NCBI RefSeq assembly: GCF_009914755.1 | Contig: NC_060942.1 | DNA: 64,000 nt | From: the human T2T-CHM13v2.0 reference genome, Homo sapiens | Strand: one strand, 5' to 3' | Part shown: positions 33,775 through 54,571 of the stretch, one piece after another | Position numbering within the stretch: the stretch's first letter is position 1 | Layout of the letters: each line of letters opens with the position of its first letter | Notes under the pieces: generated by a model | Told to the model about the DNA's origin: nothing | Seen by the model: the letters and a program-made list of their open reading frames with translations, nothing else | The model's database searches: none | Translations under genes and position numbers: made by a program

Positions 33775-35434
33775 GTAGCTGTATTTTCAAGGCCTGTTGT
33801 TTCAGCTTTGTTCTTAAAACTCGAGGCTTAAATTTACCCTCCTTTCTATTACTGATGTTGTTGCTCAGCTGTCCAGATGTAGCTTATTAACATAATATCC
33901 ACAGGCCAGTCTGGAAGCCAAGATGGGCTGTGTGAGTCATAAAATATATTGATTATTTTAGGGCAATAACAGCCTAAAGATATCTCCATTTAAATTGAGT
34001 CATTATTAGCATTAAAACTTTAAAGTTGTGCAAAACATAAACAGTGGGCGTTTTGAAGATTCTTTTTGGAACAGACCGCTTTGCTATTCAATGATCTGAC
34101 TGGAGATTGTTTTCTCGGTTTGGACTTTGAATATTATAATTTACCATTTACAATATTTTTCCTTCTACTAAAGGATAATATAAATTTGCAAAATGTTAAA
34201 TTTTTTGTTTAATCTTTTTCTTTGTTAAAGTGAATAGGAAACTAGCAACTGGAAAAATAGTCATAAAATAGCATTACAAGGGCTGAACAAATTGCCTTTC
34301 CTCTCTTTACTGTTCTTTGTTTTGACAAATCTATGTCCATTGTTCTGGCTGTGGGCAGAATTTCCATATTCCTCCTTTTGGCAAACTTACTTGGTCCCCT
34401 TCCACTTTATAAATGTTAACCAGAGTCCTTTCTGCAGTAGAGATTGTGAGCGTTAATACCATTTGTACATTCTAAATGAATTACTCTTTTCCATTGAAAT
34501 TAAGTTGGAAAACGAATAAATGCAAATGAACCTTCTGTATTTTATTATCCCATATTGAAGCTACATTTTCAGACATGTTGAACTAGGTGGTTTATGCTGA
34601 TTTTTGTTTGTAAACCTATTTCAAGTCAAACAAGTTTAATAATAACAACAGTACCTTGAATGAATATGTAAGAGCACTTTATAAGTTGTATTGTGATGCA
34701 GTAGTAACTGGCCCTTACAGAGAGCTGGATTTGAAATTCACCTCTGCCACTAGCCAGATGTGTGACCACTTTAGGGAAATTTGAATTTGATTTTTTTCCC
34801 CTAAAGTTTTGATCATTTGAGTCTATGAAACAAACTGCTAATAGATTAACAAGGGGGGAAAAGCTTACAAATGTATTAATGAGCATATGGGCATGGGAGT
34901 CATACAAAATATGAAAACTGAGAGAAAGGGCCAGATGCTTGATGCTTTTATACCATCTTGAGGTTACAGCAGAGTAGGGGCTTGGAACATGGTTATGGGA
35001 GGGAGAAAGAAAGAAGGGGCTGGGGCAAAGATGGTCTAGTTATGCAGATGAAACTTCATAGATAGCAGCTCCTAGAAAGAATAGGCATGAGCCTGTGTTA
35101 AGTTGCTCTGTCAGACCTTCGTAGGTGTCAGACTTTCAGTTAATAATTTCCTAGGTACAGATAAGGGGGTGCCTCCAAGAAAGCCTGGTTGTTTATTTCA
35201 CCAGTGTAGATTTTCTCTACAGATACAAGTCTCCTCCACAAAAGGCAGCTTTTCAGGGTTATTCCTGTGGGAATATATCAAAGAAGTACATTTTGGGGTG
35301 AAATATTTTCAGTTTCCTTTAGTCCCCCATTTAAAGCTTAATTTTTAAAACATTAAACATTTCCTTTATTTTTATTATTTATTTATTTATTTTTAGCGGT
35401 GAGATCTCACTCTGCCACCCAGGCTGCAGTGTAG

Positions 35435-35854
<420 letters not shown>

Positions 35855-36561
35855 TGACAATTCTTTACATACCGCAAGGTCAGGATTTTGTAAGGGAACC
35901 ATATACACAGGGTACCAGGCCAATCTTTTTCTAAGTCTGTTGGCTTTTTAATGTCAATTTCAGTCCCTCAAAACAGTTTGATCATGTATCTAAGTATGAC
36001 ATTCCAGTTAAAGCCTTGCTAAAATAACCACTGTCTCCAATTATGTCCTGTTCAGACTGTTACTGAACTTATGCATGTAACTATATTGCCATGAAATAGG
36101 AATACTCAAAACCCAGTTTGTGAATCCAAAGAGAAAAAGGTAAATTATTTTGCTCACAAAAGTATACTTGGCCAGGTGCAGTGGCTCATGCCTGTAATCC
36201 CAGGACTTTGGAAGGCCGATGCAGGAGGATGGCTTGAGACCAGCAGTTTGTGACTAGCCTGGGCAACATAGTGAGACCCCATCTCTACTACACAAAAGTC
36301 TTGTTCAAAAGAGAAAACCATATTTTACTTTTGAATCAGTATATCAATAATAAATTTAAATAAAACCTAATAAACAAGTCCATCCAATTTCAGTCAGCTT
36401 TGACCACACAAGATTTACATATCTTTTATAACCTCTTACGATTTTTCTTCTATTTCCAACTTTCTATATTCATTTAGTTTTATCTATATCTTTTTTTATT
36501 CTTTCAATTTGAAACAAGCTTCAAATAACTTCTAAACTAGACACAATTCGTTTTCCATTAA

Positions 36562-36870
<309 letters not shown>

Positions 36871-37201
36871 TAGAGATATGATCTAAGAACAAACTACTCA
36901 GTGATGTGATCATAGCCTACTGCAACCTCAAATTCCTGGGCTCAAGCAATCCTCCTACCTCAACCTCCTGAGTAGCTGGAACAACAGGCATGCCCCACCA
37001 CACCCTGCTAAAATTTTATTTTTTTATAGAGACAGGGTCTGCCTATGTTGCCCAGGCCAATCTTGAATTCCTAGGCTCAAGTGATCCTCCTGCCTTAGCC
37101 TCTCAAAGAGCTGGGATTACAGGCATGAGCACTCCCAAACTGCTGGGATTACAGGCATGAGCCACCACACCCAGCCAACTAACAATTTAAAACTAGCTTT
37201 A

Positions 37202-37493
<292 letters not shown>

Positions 37494-38068
37494 CTAGCTT
37501 GATTTACCAAAGATTACTAAAGTCATATGAACTTTGAAAAACATTTGGGATAGTTAATTTGTGAGTACTCATTTATTTAGAAGTCAGTTTGGTACTACAG
37601 ACTATACAAACTCATGTGTAAACATATATATACATGTAGACACAACATATATCACATGCACACACCAGTATCCAAAAGCCAGAGAGATTAGGAAGTTTAA
37701 TGCAGGAGAGCAGAACTTTAGACATGAGAGGATGGACCCTGCCCATGGCTTCTGTGGCTCAGTGAGAAGACAGAGGACCCCCAATGGCCAGGCGTGGTGG
37801 CTCACGCCTGTAATCCCAGCATTTTGGGAGGCTGAGGTGGGGGGATCACCTGAGGTCAGGAGTTCGAGACCAGCCTGCCCAACATGGCGAAACCCCGTTT
37901 CTCTAAAAATACAAGAAAATTAGCCAGGGGTGGTGGCAGGCACCTGTAATTCCAGCAACTCAGGAGGCTGAGGCAGGAGAATCACTTGAACCCAGGAGGT
38001 GGAGGTTGCAATAGCCGAGATGGCGCCACTGCACTCTAGCCTGGGTGACAAGAGTGAAACTCTGTCTC

Positions 38069-38099
<31 letters not shown>

Positions 38100-38606
38100 G
38101 AGGACCCCCAAAGAGGGGCGATTGGTGGCTTTTGTGTTTGTGTATGCGTGTGTGTGTGTGTTCCTCAAGGGGTCTCAGGGTTCACAGAAGTCCCCTCTAG
38201 GCCTCTTCATGTGGTATCAAAAATGGCAAAAAGGAGGAGGGGCAGAAGGGGAAGGAAATGGAAGAACAAGTCTTAGAGGAGCCAATTTGGGGAGATTTTA
38301 AGCTTTCAAAAGGCCAATACAGTTTTAGTTAGTAGGAGTCTGAGGAACAAAAAAAGGTCTAGTTGACTAAGAAGTTCCCAAGGGAGAAACAGGATTTGAA
38401 AGAGAACAGAGAATATCAGCTATTAATTAAGCTGGCTTTTGACCACAGAGCCATCTTTCTTAAAAAAAACTTTTTTTTTTTTTTTTTGAGATGGAGTCTT
38501 GCTCTGTTGCCCACGCTGGAGTGCAACAGCGCAATCTCGGCTCACTGCAACCTCCGCCTCCTGGGTTCAAGCGATTCTCGTGCCTCAGCCTAAAAAATCC
38601 TTTTAA

Positions 38607-39104
<498 letters not shown>

Positions 39105-39555
39105 TAGAGGAAGCAGATTAATGGGGAAAAAGTTACTATCACACTCTAAATATAAACCAACGTTTTAACCAAAGGAAATAACTCAAAATCAAAACAAATA
39201 AGAACATTTGAGACTGAAACCAAGAAGCTCTTGATGGCTTCAACCAAGGTTTCCTAAGAGGGAGCAAAAGTTGCAACCCTTTCAAAATCCAGATCATTCC
39301 CTACAACAGCTTAAAGAAAGCAAGGTTTTGCCAGCCGCAAATGGGGTACAACCCACATTTTTGTCTGGCCATATTCTCTAGGGTTTAAGACAGAGGAAAA
39401 CAACAGCTGGATGAGAGGCTTACAGAATGAATGGGTACCCCAAAGGTTAAGAAGTCATACAAATATAAATTCAAAACAATTCAAACTAATTTTTTCCAAG
39501 TATTTCTTTTATTTTTCCTTCCTGAGTTAAAGGATTTACATCTCCTGGGGTCTTG

Positions 39556-39625
39556 TTCCCTGAAAGGGAATTGAATCCAGGCTGCAGTGGTGAAAGTGCA
39601 GAATCCTTACCACTGGACTACAGGA
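39556..39625 (-). pseudogene. Degenerate tRNA-Glu(TTC) copy embedded in the MER4-group internal region
   Basis: The minus strand reads tcctgtagtccagtggtaaggattctgcactTTCaccactgcagcctggattcaattccctttcagggaa, collinear with tRNA-Glu (TCCCTGGTGGTCTAGTGG.TAGGATTCGGCGCTTTCACCGCCGCGGCCCGGGTTCGATTCCCGG..AGGGAA); most differences are CpG transitions. Confidence 0.8.
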
Positions 39626-40421
39626 TGGAGTCTTTTTTTTTTTTTTTTAATTTAACAAATTTCATAAGGAATCTAAAGCATGCAATTTGAGTACAAAGGA
39701 TTTTAACTTTGTTTTAAATCTGATTTCTACTTTTCAAAAATCTTGCCGAGGGAGTTTCTAAACCTGTATTCCTTTTGTATCTTTTCATAGGTACCAATAA
39801 GGTAGCTATTTAAGATGTGAGCTCTAAAAAGTTTTCTTTTAAATATAGCCATTCATTTATTTTAAAAGCGATTGAAACCAATACTAGAACTAATTTATAT
39901 GTTTTTCTCTGTTGATCCAAATTTAGAAAGGGTAAAACACAGAGACTCATACCATCCACATTTGACCAGGCACTATAGGCAGAGATCGGAGAGGAGAACT
40001 GACTTGGTTAAAAAAAAATGAGTTTACCTTTCTTTGCTGGCTTTTCATCCGTTGTTCCAAGATCCCATTCATTGGCTCTAGAATGAACAAAATGACTTAC
40101 ATCCTGATCACAACACCAAAAATTTTTCTCCTAAAGATTCGATACTTTGAGTCTATAAAACAGGCAGATAACAGATTAATGGGATAAAAGCATACACATT
40201 TATTAATATGCATATGGGCGTGGGAGTCATACAAAATATGAAAACTGAAAGAAAGGGCCAGATGCTTGATGCTTTTATACTTGAGGTTACAGAAGAATGG
40301 GGGATTGCAAGATGGCAAGACAAGTTATAAGAGGGAAAAAAAAACATAAGGGGCAAAGCTGTTCTTGTTATACAGATGAAACTTCACAGGTAGAAGCTCT
40401 CAGAAAGAATGGGCAGTAGTC

Positions 40422-40746
<325 letters not shown>

Positions 40747-42977
40747 TCATGATAAGTTTTTTTGTTAGACCTTCAAACGTTTCAGACTCTTGGTTAATCT
40801 CCTAGATTGGGCAGGGGAGACCTCAGAAAGCCTGCCTATTTATTTCACCAATGTAGACTTTCTCTACCAATGTAGACTTTTCTCTCCCCCACAACATGCA
40901 GCTTTTCAGGGTTTTTCCTTTCTGCAGGCCATCTCAATAGCCATCTCGAAGTATGTCAAATAATTATTTTTGGGGGTAAAATATTTTGTTTCCTTTTTTT
41001 TTTTTTTTGAGCTGGGGTCTCGCTCTGTTATTCCGGCTGGGGTGCTGTGGCGTGATCTCAGCTCACTGTAACCTCTACCTCCTGAGTAGCTGGGACTACA
41101 GGTGTGTGCCAACACGCCCGGCTAATTTTTGTATTTTTTAGTAGAGATGGGGTTTTGCTATGTTGGCCAGACTGGTTTCAAACTCCTGGCCTCAAGTGAT
41201 CTGCCCACCTCAGCCTCCCAAAATGCTGGGATTACAGGTTGAGCCACCCTGCCCAGCCAATTTTCTTTACCACTAAGTTGCTTAATCTCTTTGAATCTCT
41301 GTTTCTTCATTTGTAAAATGGGGTGAGTAGTGCCATTTTTATGAATATTTAAAATGTAAAAGTATCCCATAGTAAAGGCTCAAAACATGGTTTCTCTTTC
41401 CTTCAGTCATTCCATAAGCAAAACCCCAGGAACAGATATTATTTCTTATCTCTGTATTTCTTTTGGAAGAACACTGTGCCATGAAAAGTTGATCTATGAC
41501 ATTTCTAAGATGTCTCATATAGCCTCACTTTTAGCTTAGTTCTTTTTCCTTTGGTGGACTTTAATTTAAGAAGTTTCACTTTAATGTTTTATAATTTTAA
41601 GTGAACTTTATTCATATTGCTGTATCAGTTGTAAAAAATAGATTTGAAGGAAGAGCCTTCTCACTTCTGCCTTATCTTCTATTAGAAAGCTGGGGTGAGA
41701 GCCACTAGATAACTTGGAGCTGTATAAATGGAACTTAAAAGGAGTCTGGAGGCTGGGTGTGGTGGTTCATGCCTGTAATCTCAGCACTTCGGGAGGCTGA
41801 GGTGGAACTGCTTGAACCCCAGAGTTTGAGACCAGCCTGGGCAACAAAGTGAGACCTCGTCTGTACAGAAAAAAAAAAAAAAAAAGCTGGGCATGGTGGG
41901 GCATGCCTGTAGTCCCAGCTACTCAGGAGGCTGAGGTGGGAGGATCACTTGAGCTCGGGAGGCTGCTGTGAGCAGTGATTGCACCACTGCACTTCAGTTT
42001 GGGTGACAGAATGAGACCCTGCCTCAAAAAAAAAAAAAATGATTTACATTCAAAGGAAATACTCAAAGACATTTGTTGTCAGATTGAAAACAGTAGATGC
42101 AAGGGAGAAAGATATCAAAGCCAACCACTGGGCTTTAAGGCTGGTGAATAAACGGGGTCAGAGAGACTGGCACAGGAGGAAGTGAGTGCACTCATGAATG
42201 GGCCTGCTGAATGTACAGCAGTCTGATAGGCAGATATCCAAATGGAAATATCCAAAGGCTCTGGAGGAATAGACTGGGGGAAAGAGATCAGGGCTGGAGA
42301 CTGAGTTATCTAAAAAGCATCTAGAGGTTGAGAATGGGCTGAAGAGAGCTAAATGAACTGGAGCACACCATAAGAAAGAGCCAAGTCTCCATTGACCTCA
42401 GATACAACTGCTCTAAGTCATAGAATGTACCTAATTTTTATTTTTATTTTTTATTATTTAATTTAATTTTTTGAGCCAGTCTCGCTCTGTCACCCAGGCT
42501 GGAGTGCGGTGATGCGATCTTGGCTCACTGCAACCTCCACCTCCTGGTTCAAGCGATTCTCCTGCCTCAGCCTCCTGAGTAGCTGGGACTACTGGCGCAT
42601 GCTGCCACGCCCAACTAATTTTGTATTTTTAGTAGAGACAGGGTTTCACCATGTTGGCCAGGCTGATCTCGAACTCTAGACCTCAGGTGATCCGCCCGCC
42701 TCTCCCTCCCAAAGTGCTGGGATTACAGGCGTGAGCCACCCTACCCGGCAGTGAATGTACCTAATTTTTAGAAAATGAAACTCTGTTTAGGATAATTCTG
42801 AAATACTTTCAGGTAAATGGATTGAAACGTTCAATTTGTGGTCAAGTATGAGCAGTAAAGCGTACATCAAATTGGTGGTTTCCTAAGTAGAGTCTGAGAG
42901 TCTTCCTGATGAGTTTTAAATTGATCCAGAAATATGCATGAGTGGCTTTCATTCTTACAGGACATTTGCAATCCCAC

Positions 42978-43092
42978 TGTAAACCAAAAATAAAATTCTA
43001 AGGCCCCCAACCAACTGAATGGACCTTTCCTCTCTGCCAAGGGCATTCTAAAGTAAACCAGAAACACTAGTTCACGCCATGATGGGAATGGG
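42978..43092 (+). mobile_element. MER4-family LTR 5' fragment
   Basis: TGTAAACCAAAAATAAAATTCTAAGGCCCCCAACC...GAATGGAC start typical of MER4B/D-type LTRs. Confidence 0.6.
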
Positions 43093-43099
43093 TATTTAT

Positions 43100-43550
43100 C
43101 AAATACTACAGACTGGGTAATAGATAAAGAAAAGAATCTTTTCAGCTCACAGTTCTGGAGGCTAGGAAGTCCAAGAGCGTGGTGCTGGGACCTGGCTAGG
43201 GTCATCCCCTGGTGGAAAGGTAGAAAGAAGTTGGCAGAGTGGGAAAATGCACGTGAGAGAGCTCGCTTATTATTTTATTATTTTATTTTTTAGAGATGGG
43301 GGTCTCACTATGTTGCACAAGCTGGACTCAAACTCCTGGGCTCAAGTGATCCTCCTGCCTCAGAGAGTTGGCTTTTATAGCAAAGCCACTTCTGCAAGAA
43401 CTAGCCCACTCCTGTGATAACGGCATTCATCCATTCATCACAGTGGAGCCCTTATGACCTAAATGCCTCCTGAAGGTTCCACCTCTCAATACCACCACAA
43501 GAGGAACCAAGTTTTCATGCTTGAACTTTGGGGGGACACATTCATTATAT
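43100..43550 (+). mobile_element. MaLR LTR (MST/MLT1A-like) with an Alu fragment inside
   Basis: tactacagactgggtaat...gctcacagttctggaggctaggaagtccaag... and ...tgaactttggggggacacattca, both MaLR hallmarks. Confidence 0.7.
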
Positions 43551-44239
43551 CAGGCCTCCTGGTTATACAGGCACATTCATGGTCTTATATTTGTGACTTC
43601 TGCTTGTTACTGGGAAGAACTGAGGTTTCTTGAAAAGACTACAAAATTTGAGGCCCTACCCAAACTGTTTAAGGATCAGAGCACTACTGTCTGTGGCTGC
43701 ATAAACTTGGCACGTTGCTACACTACTCTGAACCTTAGTTTGCCATCAATAAAATGAGGAGAAAGCACAGTAGCGTTTTATGAATTATTGTAGGAGCCTA
43801 CAATAATAGGGGATAATGTATACAAGTGTCCGCCATAGGGCTCGGCACCAGTATTTGTATTCTGCTTGCATTGGCATACAACTCAAATTGTGGGAAAAAA
43901 AAAAAAAAAAAAAAAAAAAAGGGAAAACTGCTAGTTGACAAAAAAACAAAATGTTATCTGCTTGCCTCTAAATAATGTAAGCAAATAATTCATGTCAGAA
44001 CCATAAGTGTTGTATTAGAAATGTTAATTGTGAGTTGAGCATTTGAACCATTTGTCATAAATTTCATTCAAGACTACATTTTGAGAACCCATTCTTAGAG
44101 ACTCAGAGACATCCAAGGTCAGATTGTACCTTAGAACTTATAATTAGCTGAGATAGAAAGAAGTAAAATATGTATAGCAGAGAACTTAGATTTCTTGATC
44201 TTAAAATATTGATCTTCCCAACTGGGGTAGCTGTGGTAG

Positions 44240-44752
<513 letters not shown>

Positions 44753-44945
44753 TAGGTTTACAGGCAGAAGCCACCATGCCTGGCTGTATTTTTTTTTTTT
44801 AGTAGAGACGGTTTCACTCTGTGTTGGCCAGGCTGGTCTCGAACTCCTGACCTCAGGTGAGCCACCTACCTCCCAAAGTGCTGGGATTACAGGCATGAGC
44901 CACTGTGCCTGACCAAGCTCAAGCACTTTCTATTTATGTGATTTT

Positions 44946-46853
<1,908 letters not shown>

Positions 46854-47158
46854 TTTACGTGATCTTGCAGAAGCAACTTACCCTGTATGTGCCTTGGTTT
46901 CCTTATCTATAAATGGAAATAATGATCTTTCTTGGGAGTGTATTAAGATTAAATGAATTAAGGTATATGGAAGAGTTTTTAAAAACTTTTGTAGAGAACC
47001 AGTGTATCAAGCTTGAAATTAGACATAAAAAATTACTGGCCGGGCACAGTGGCTCATGCCTGTAATCCCAGCATTTTGGGAGGCTGAGGCGGGCAGATCA
47101 CTTGAGGTCAGGAGTTCAAGACCAGCCTGGCCAACATGGCGAAACACAGTCGCTACTA

Positions 47159-47305
<147 letters not shown>

Positions 47306-48250
47306 TCAAAAAAAAAAAAAAAAAAATTACCATACAATAACAAAAATAGCTAAAAGGAAAGGGTAGGAACCAAGGCAGATATGGAGTTCTACGTAAAGGG
47401 AGAAAAGTTCCATCTGGTTGCTACTGAATCTGTCATTATGTCACTGTGTGCAGTGTTCAACTTCCAGAGACATGGTCTATACTTGACTTGGCTTGCCAGG
47501 TGCTCATGCCTTCAGCAGGAGTTGGTAGGCACCTTGATTTAGGTCCCACTGAGACTATATGTAATATAAGAGGTATTGTTCCTGAAGAACAAGAGCAGGA
47601 TGCTATTGCAAGAAAAAGGAGGAATGGATGCTGGACAGGTATAAACAACAAGTAGATGTCTCAATCACTGCACAAGTGAGCATCCTCTGTGTGCTTATAG
47701 TAATTTGATAACAGATGCAGAAGAGAATACTGTTACGAATCAGTCATGATCCAAGCCAAATTCAAACATAATAAGAAAAAAATAAAGAGGAAAAAAATCG
47801 GTAGTGACTAATATAATTAGGAGTTAAAGAGGAAAAGAAGAAGAAGAATTGTTTGGAAAATAGCTGTGCCTGCCCATCACTAAAGTTTATCATCAGCAAG
47901 TATTTAAATACTACCCAGATGTCCATTAACAACAGAAGGGTAAATAAATTTGGGTGTATTCATACAATAGACTTCACAAAATTAGAATGGACAATCTCAA
48001 CTATATACAACAATATAATGAATCTTTTGACCATAATATTGAGCTAAAGAAGACCAAGAATACATACCAGAGGGTTCCATTTATAGGAAGTACAGAAACA
48101 GGCAAAACTGATCTTTGTTATTAGAAGTCAATGATTAGCACCACCAAGGATGGTAAGCAGGGATGAGAAAGCTGCAGTCTATAGGCTGGTACAATGTTTG
48201 AAAAGTATAATTTTCATATGTTAAAATACATTTTAAAAAGTCAGTGATTA

Positions 48251-48560
<310 letters not shown>

Positions 48561-48961
48561 TCAAAAAAAAAAAAAAAGAGAAGGAAACAAGAGGGGAAAT
48601 TTTAGGGGCTGGCCACGCTGTTTTTGTTATAGGTACTGGTTATATGGATGTGTTCAGTTTTGAAATTTCATTCAACTATATGCTTATAAGAACTTTCCAG
48701 TATGTACAGTATACTTAAAATTTAAAAAGCCTACCTTTGGACATGTATTAATACTCCCAAATAGATATTATGTGCTGAGTAGTTTAAGAGGCATCAGGTC
48801 ATGCTCATGTGTATAAATTACCCAAATGCTCATTTTTATTTCTATGTTTATGGAGTCTTCAACAACTCCTATAAATAGGTCAGAATTTTCTGGAAATGTT
48901 GATTATGTTAAGATTTCATAATGAGCACCTTTAAATAAACCAGAGAACATATTTCTTGACC

Positions 48962-49088
48962 AGAAAGGAAGGAAGGAAGGAAGGAAGGAAAGGAAGGAAG
49001 GAAGAAGGGAGGGAGGGAAGGAGGGAGGGGAGAGGGGAGGGAGGGAGGGGAGAGGGGAGGGGAGGGAGGAAGGGAGGGAAGGAGAAAA
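48962..49088. repeat. Pure polypurine (GGAA/GGGA) tract
   Basis: About 127 nt containing only A and G. Confidence 0.92.
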
Positions 49089-49522
49089 TGGTTTTATAGG
49101 GAATTATAATGTGTCTGGTATTTTTACTTCCTTGACTTCCTGCTATTTTCTTATGTGACACACAAAACCCCACAGAAGAAAGACATATTTTCTCAAGAAA
49201 TTTGAGGTAAAATCCAATTTAGACATTCTTTAAAGTATCGTTTAAACTTAGCCTATAGGAAAGCTATTTCACCCACTTTGAATTCTTACTTTTCTTGAAA
49301 TGTGTGAAAGTGCATGTGGTAAGAATGTGTGATTCTAAAGAAGTCTTGCTGGGAAGGTAAGCAATTCTCGGGAAGTGCAGGGTGCAAGTGGACCTGTAAT
49401 TTGGTAGTATGGCTCATGGGGTACGAGGTGTCATTAAATTACAGTTTACACAAATGAATACATGGTGGTGGCTCCTTATAGCTTTCAAGGAAAGTGATGT
49501 ATTTTTGGTCTGTTTGGGGTAG

Positions 49523-49676
49523 ATTCTGCCGTTCCTGTATTGCTACCAGTCTAAAGAACAACAAGTGGACCTGTCCTTATTGCCGGGCATATCTTCCTTC
49601 AGAAGGAGTTCCAGCAACTGATGTAGCCAAAAGAATGAAATCAGAGTATAAGAACTGCGCTGAGTGTGACACCCTG
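49523..49676 (+). CDS. RNF125: RNF125 coding exon 2 (154 nt): second half of RING and start of the C2HC zinc finger
   Basis: Acceptor ggggtag|ATTC and donor CTG|gtatgt. Phase matches exon 1 (GT+A = Val55). Encodes [51 protein letters not shown]. Confidence 0.96.
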
Positions 49677-49755
49677 GTATGTATGTGACCCCACCTATGT
49701 TCATGGTTACCAGCTTAAGTCCCTGCGAAAGTTATCATTTCACCTCTGCTTCTGA

Positions 49756-49959
<204 letters not shown>

Positions 49960-50048
49960 TAGTAGAGACACGGTTTCACTATGTTAGCCAGGATGGTCTC
50001 AATCTCCTGACCTCATTACCCGCCTGCCTCGGCCTCCCAAAGTGCTGG

Positions 50049-50696
<648 letters not shown>

Positions 50697-51073
50697 TGAT
50701 CTGCCCACCTTGGCCTCCAAAGTGCTGGGATTACAGGCGTGAGCCATCTCACCCAGCCTCCAATTTCATATATGTACATATATCATCTGCAGAAAACCCT
50801 GAACTTCTACCATCACCCGTAATTTGTCAAACAAATGCTTTCATTGACCACCTCCATTTTCCCTTCTTCCCATTACTCCAGTGATCCTCTATGATATGTC
50901 CTCCAGTTCTGCTACTCTGTTGCAGACCACTAATGAATAGCTTTATTATCAAACCCAGTGACATATTTCCACCTGTATTGATCTGGACTTTGCAGTATTT
51001 GTCTCTATCAAGCACACCTTGCCTGTTGCAGTTTTCAACTTGGGTACTATATCAGCTTCCCCAGATCATGTGA

Positions 51074-51554
<481 letters not shown>

Positions 51555-52633
51555 TAATCCCAGCACTTTGGGAGCCCGAGGCGGGAGGATTGCTTGAGCT
51601 CAGGAGTTCAAGACCAACCTGGGAAGAGACCTTGTCTCTACTAAAAATCAAAAAAATTAGCTGGGGCATAGTGGTATACGCCTGTAGTCCTAGATACTCC
51701 AGAGGCTGAGTAGGAAGAGCGCTTGAGCCCAGGAGATCAAGGCTGCAGTAAACTATGATCGTGCCACTGCACTCCAGCTTGGGCAACATAGCAAGACTCT
51801 CTCAACAAAAAAGAGGAGCTGGGGAGAGGATCATGTTCATGTTCATGTTAGAGGGTGGTTTTAAAGGTAAATGATAAATATATATGTGATATATATATAA
51901 CTGATGATTGTCTTTTAACACAGTGTCTGGAATATAGTAAATGCTCAAAATTAATAGCTTTTTACATTCTTAATAATAGATTATTGCCTATTTTTACTTT
52001 GTCTTCACATAAAATTCATACACAAAATCAAACTCATTATATTGTTTAATCATCCAATTCTTGATCCCACCTTGGTGTCTGTCAGAAACAAGAGGATTCT
52101 CTCAATTAACTTGTGTGGAAATCCACCACTCCCCCTCCCCCATTATCTGATTAATCACAAATATTTTGATTTTTTTCTTTGAGATACTTTTTTTTTTTTT
52201 TTTTTGAGATGGAGTCTCACTCTGTTGCCCAGGATGGAGTGCAGTGGTGTATGATCTTGGCTCACTGCAACCTCCACTTTGCACGTTCAAGAGATTCTCG
52301 TGCCTCAGCCTCCCGAGTAGCTGGGACTACAGGCATGCACCACTATGCCCGGCTAATTTTTGTATTTTAGTAGAGACGTGGTTTCACCATGTTGGCCAGG
52401 CTGGTCTTGAACTTCTGACCACAGGTGATCTGTCCACCTCGGCCTCCCAAAGTGCTAGGATTACAAGTATGAGCCACTGCGCCCAGCTTTGAGATACTTC
52501 TTATATTCTGTCTTTTCCTTTCTGTGTTATCCCTCTTTCTAGGAATGCTCCCCATTCCTTCTACGCACATTTTGCCCTCTCCATGTTGCACTCTCTGTGT
52601 TCTTCAGAGTCCCGCCAGATCTCCATTCCTTGA

Positions 52634-52916
<283 letters not shown>

Positions 52917-53967
52917 TAATCCACCCACTTCAGCCTCCCAAAGTGCTGGAATTACAGGCGTGAGCTACCACGCCCAGCCCCTATATCAAACAATTCCTTA
53001 TCTACTTGTCTAACATCCTTTTTTCTTCTGTTAGATTGTAAGCACCATTAGAACAGGCACAATGAACTGCATTTCTTCTGCCATTTTTTATAATGTTTCA
53101 AATAATCTTGTGTCTAGACTATGAATTGATCAATTCATTTGTCAGTAGATAGTCCACGGCTTGTTAATTTTCATGACTAATGCTTATCTTTGTTGAACAA
53201 AGAATACAAATAGAAATTTTTACCAGCAAAAGTCATAAAGACATGAGAGAACCCTAATGTGCAAAGTTGGATGTTACAGGTCGTAAAATACATCTGTTTA
53301 AGACAGCTTGTGCAGATCAATCCTAGTTTTTATATCTTTTAGGTGGATATTTGTAAAGCCAGGGTTTTGTTCTTACTTTTCACTTGCTTTTATTTTTGCC
53401 CTTTGTTAAACAATTATAACTGTTTCCTTGACACGGCAGATTTCATGTTTGAGGTTTAACTTCCGTAGCTTGGGCAAAATGAAGCAGAGTGGGTCGGCCA
53501 CCTTACCACAGCTGTACAGAGCTTCCTTTAGCACAAGATCTTATCAGAGTTTCTAATGAAACATTTAATAGGATGTGTGATGTTAGCAACAGATCCCTCA
53601 TGGTTAGGCTCTCTGAATGTATATGTGAAAGAACAAGGGCTCTTTATTCTGCATTGATCAAAATGGACTGCAAGAGCTGTCTTTTATGTTTGCTCTTAAT
53701 GGGACCATTAAGTATACTGTGTATTGTGAATTCATGTAATACTGTTGGGTGTGTTATAAAACCATGGTATTTATATCTTTCCCTAAGGCACAGTGTTTCA
53801 TTTAACTTGCTATGGGCACCTCTAAAATGTATCCATTTATTCTTCTTATCTGTCCATTTCTTTTTTCTGTCTCTTTTTCCATCTTAGATTGTTTCTTCTC
53901 TCTTGTGCTCTTTTTCTTCACCCATTTTTTTCCCTTGCTTCCTTCTTTCTAAAACCTGTTTATGTAA

Positions 53968-54322
<355 letters not shown>

Positions 54323-54571
54323 GTATATGCTTTTTAGAAGAACCAAATTCAAGAACTTAACAGTTGGGTCTTCTAAGTATTGGAGAATTTGAAAAATAGT
54401 AGTATTCTTGATAATGCCTTAATTTTTGGTGGTACTGGTGTTACGAATGCATCTATTTAGTCAGTTGATCCCACAGTATGACCTTACTTGAAAGTTAAAA
54501 GGCTGGATCGCATAAGCTTTCATTGAGCCCTTTTTTAACAGTGAGTTTATTTTGAATTTGTTTTTATGTAG

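Noticed and set aside
39556-39625. Functional tRNA-Glu gene
   Set aside because: The acceptor and T stems are disrupted and the B-box is decayed (GGATTCAATTCC); kept only as a pseudogene.
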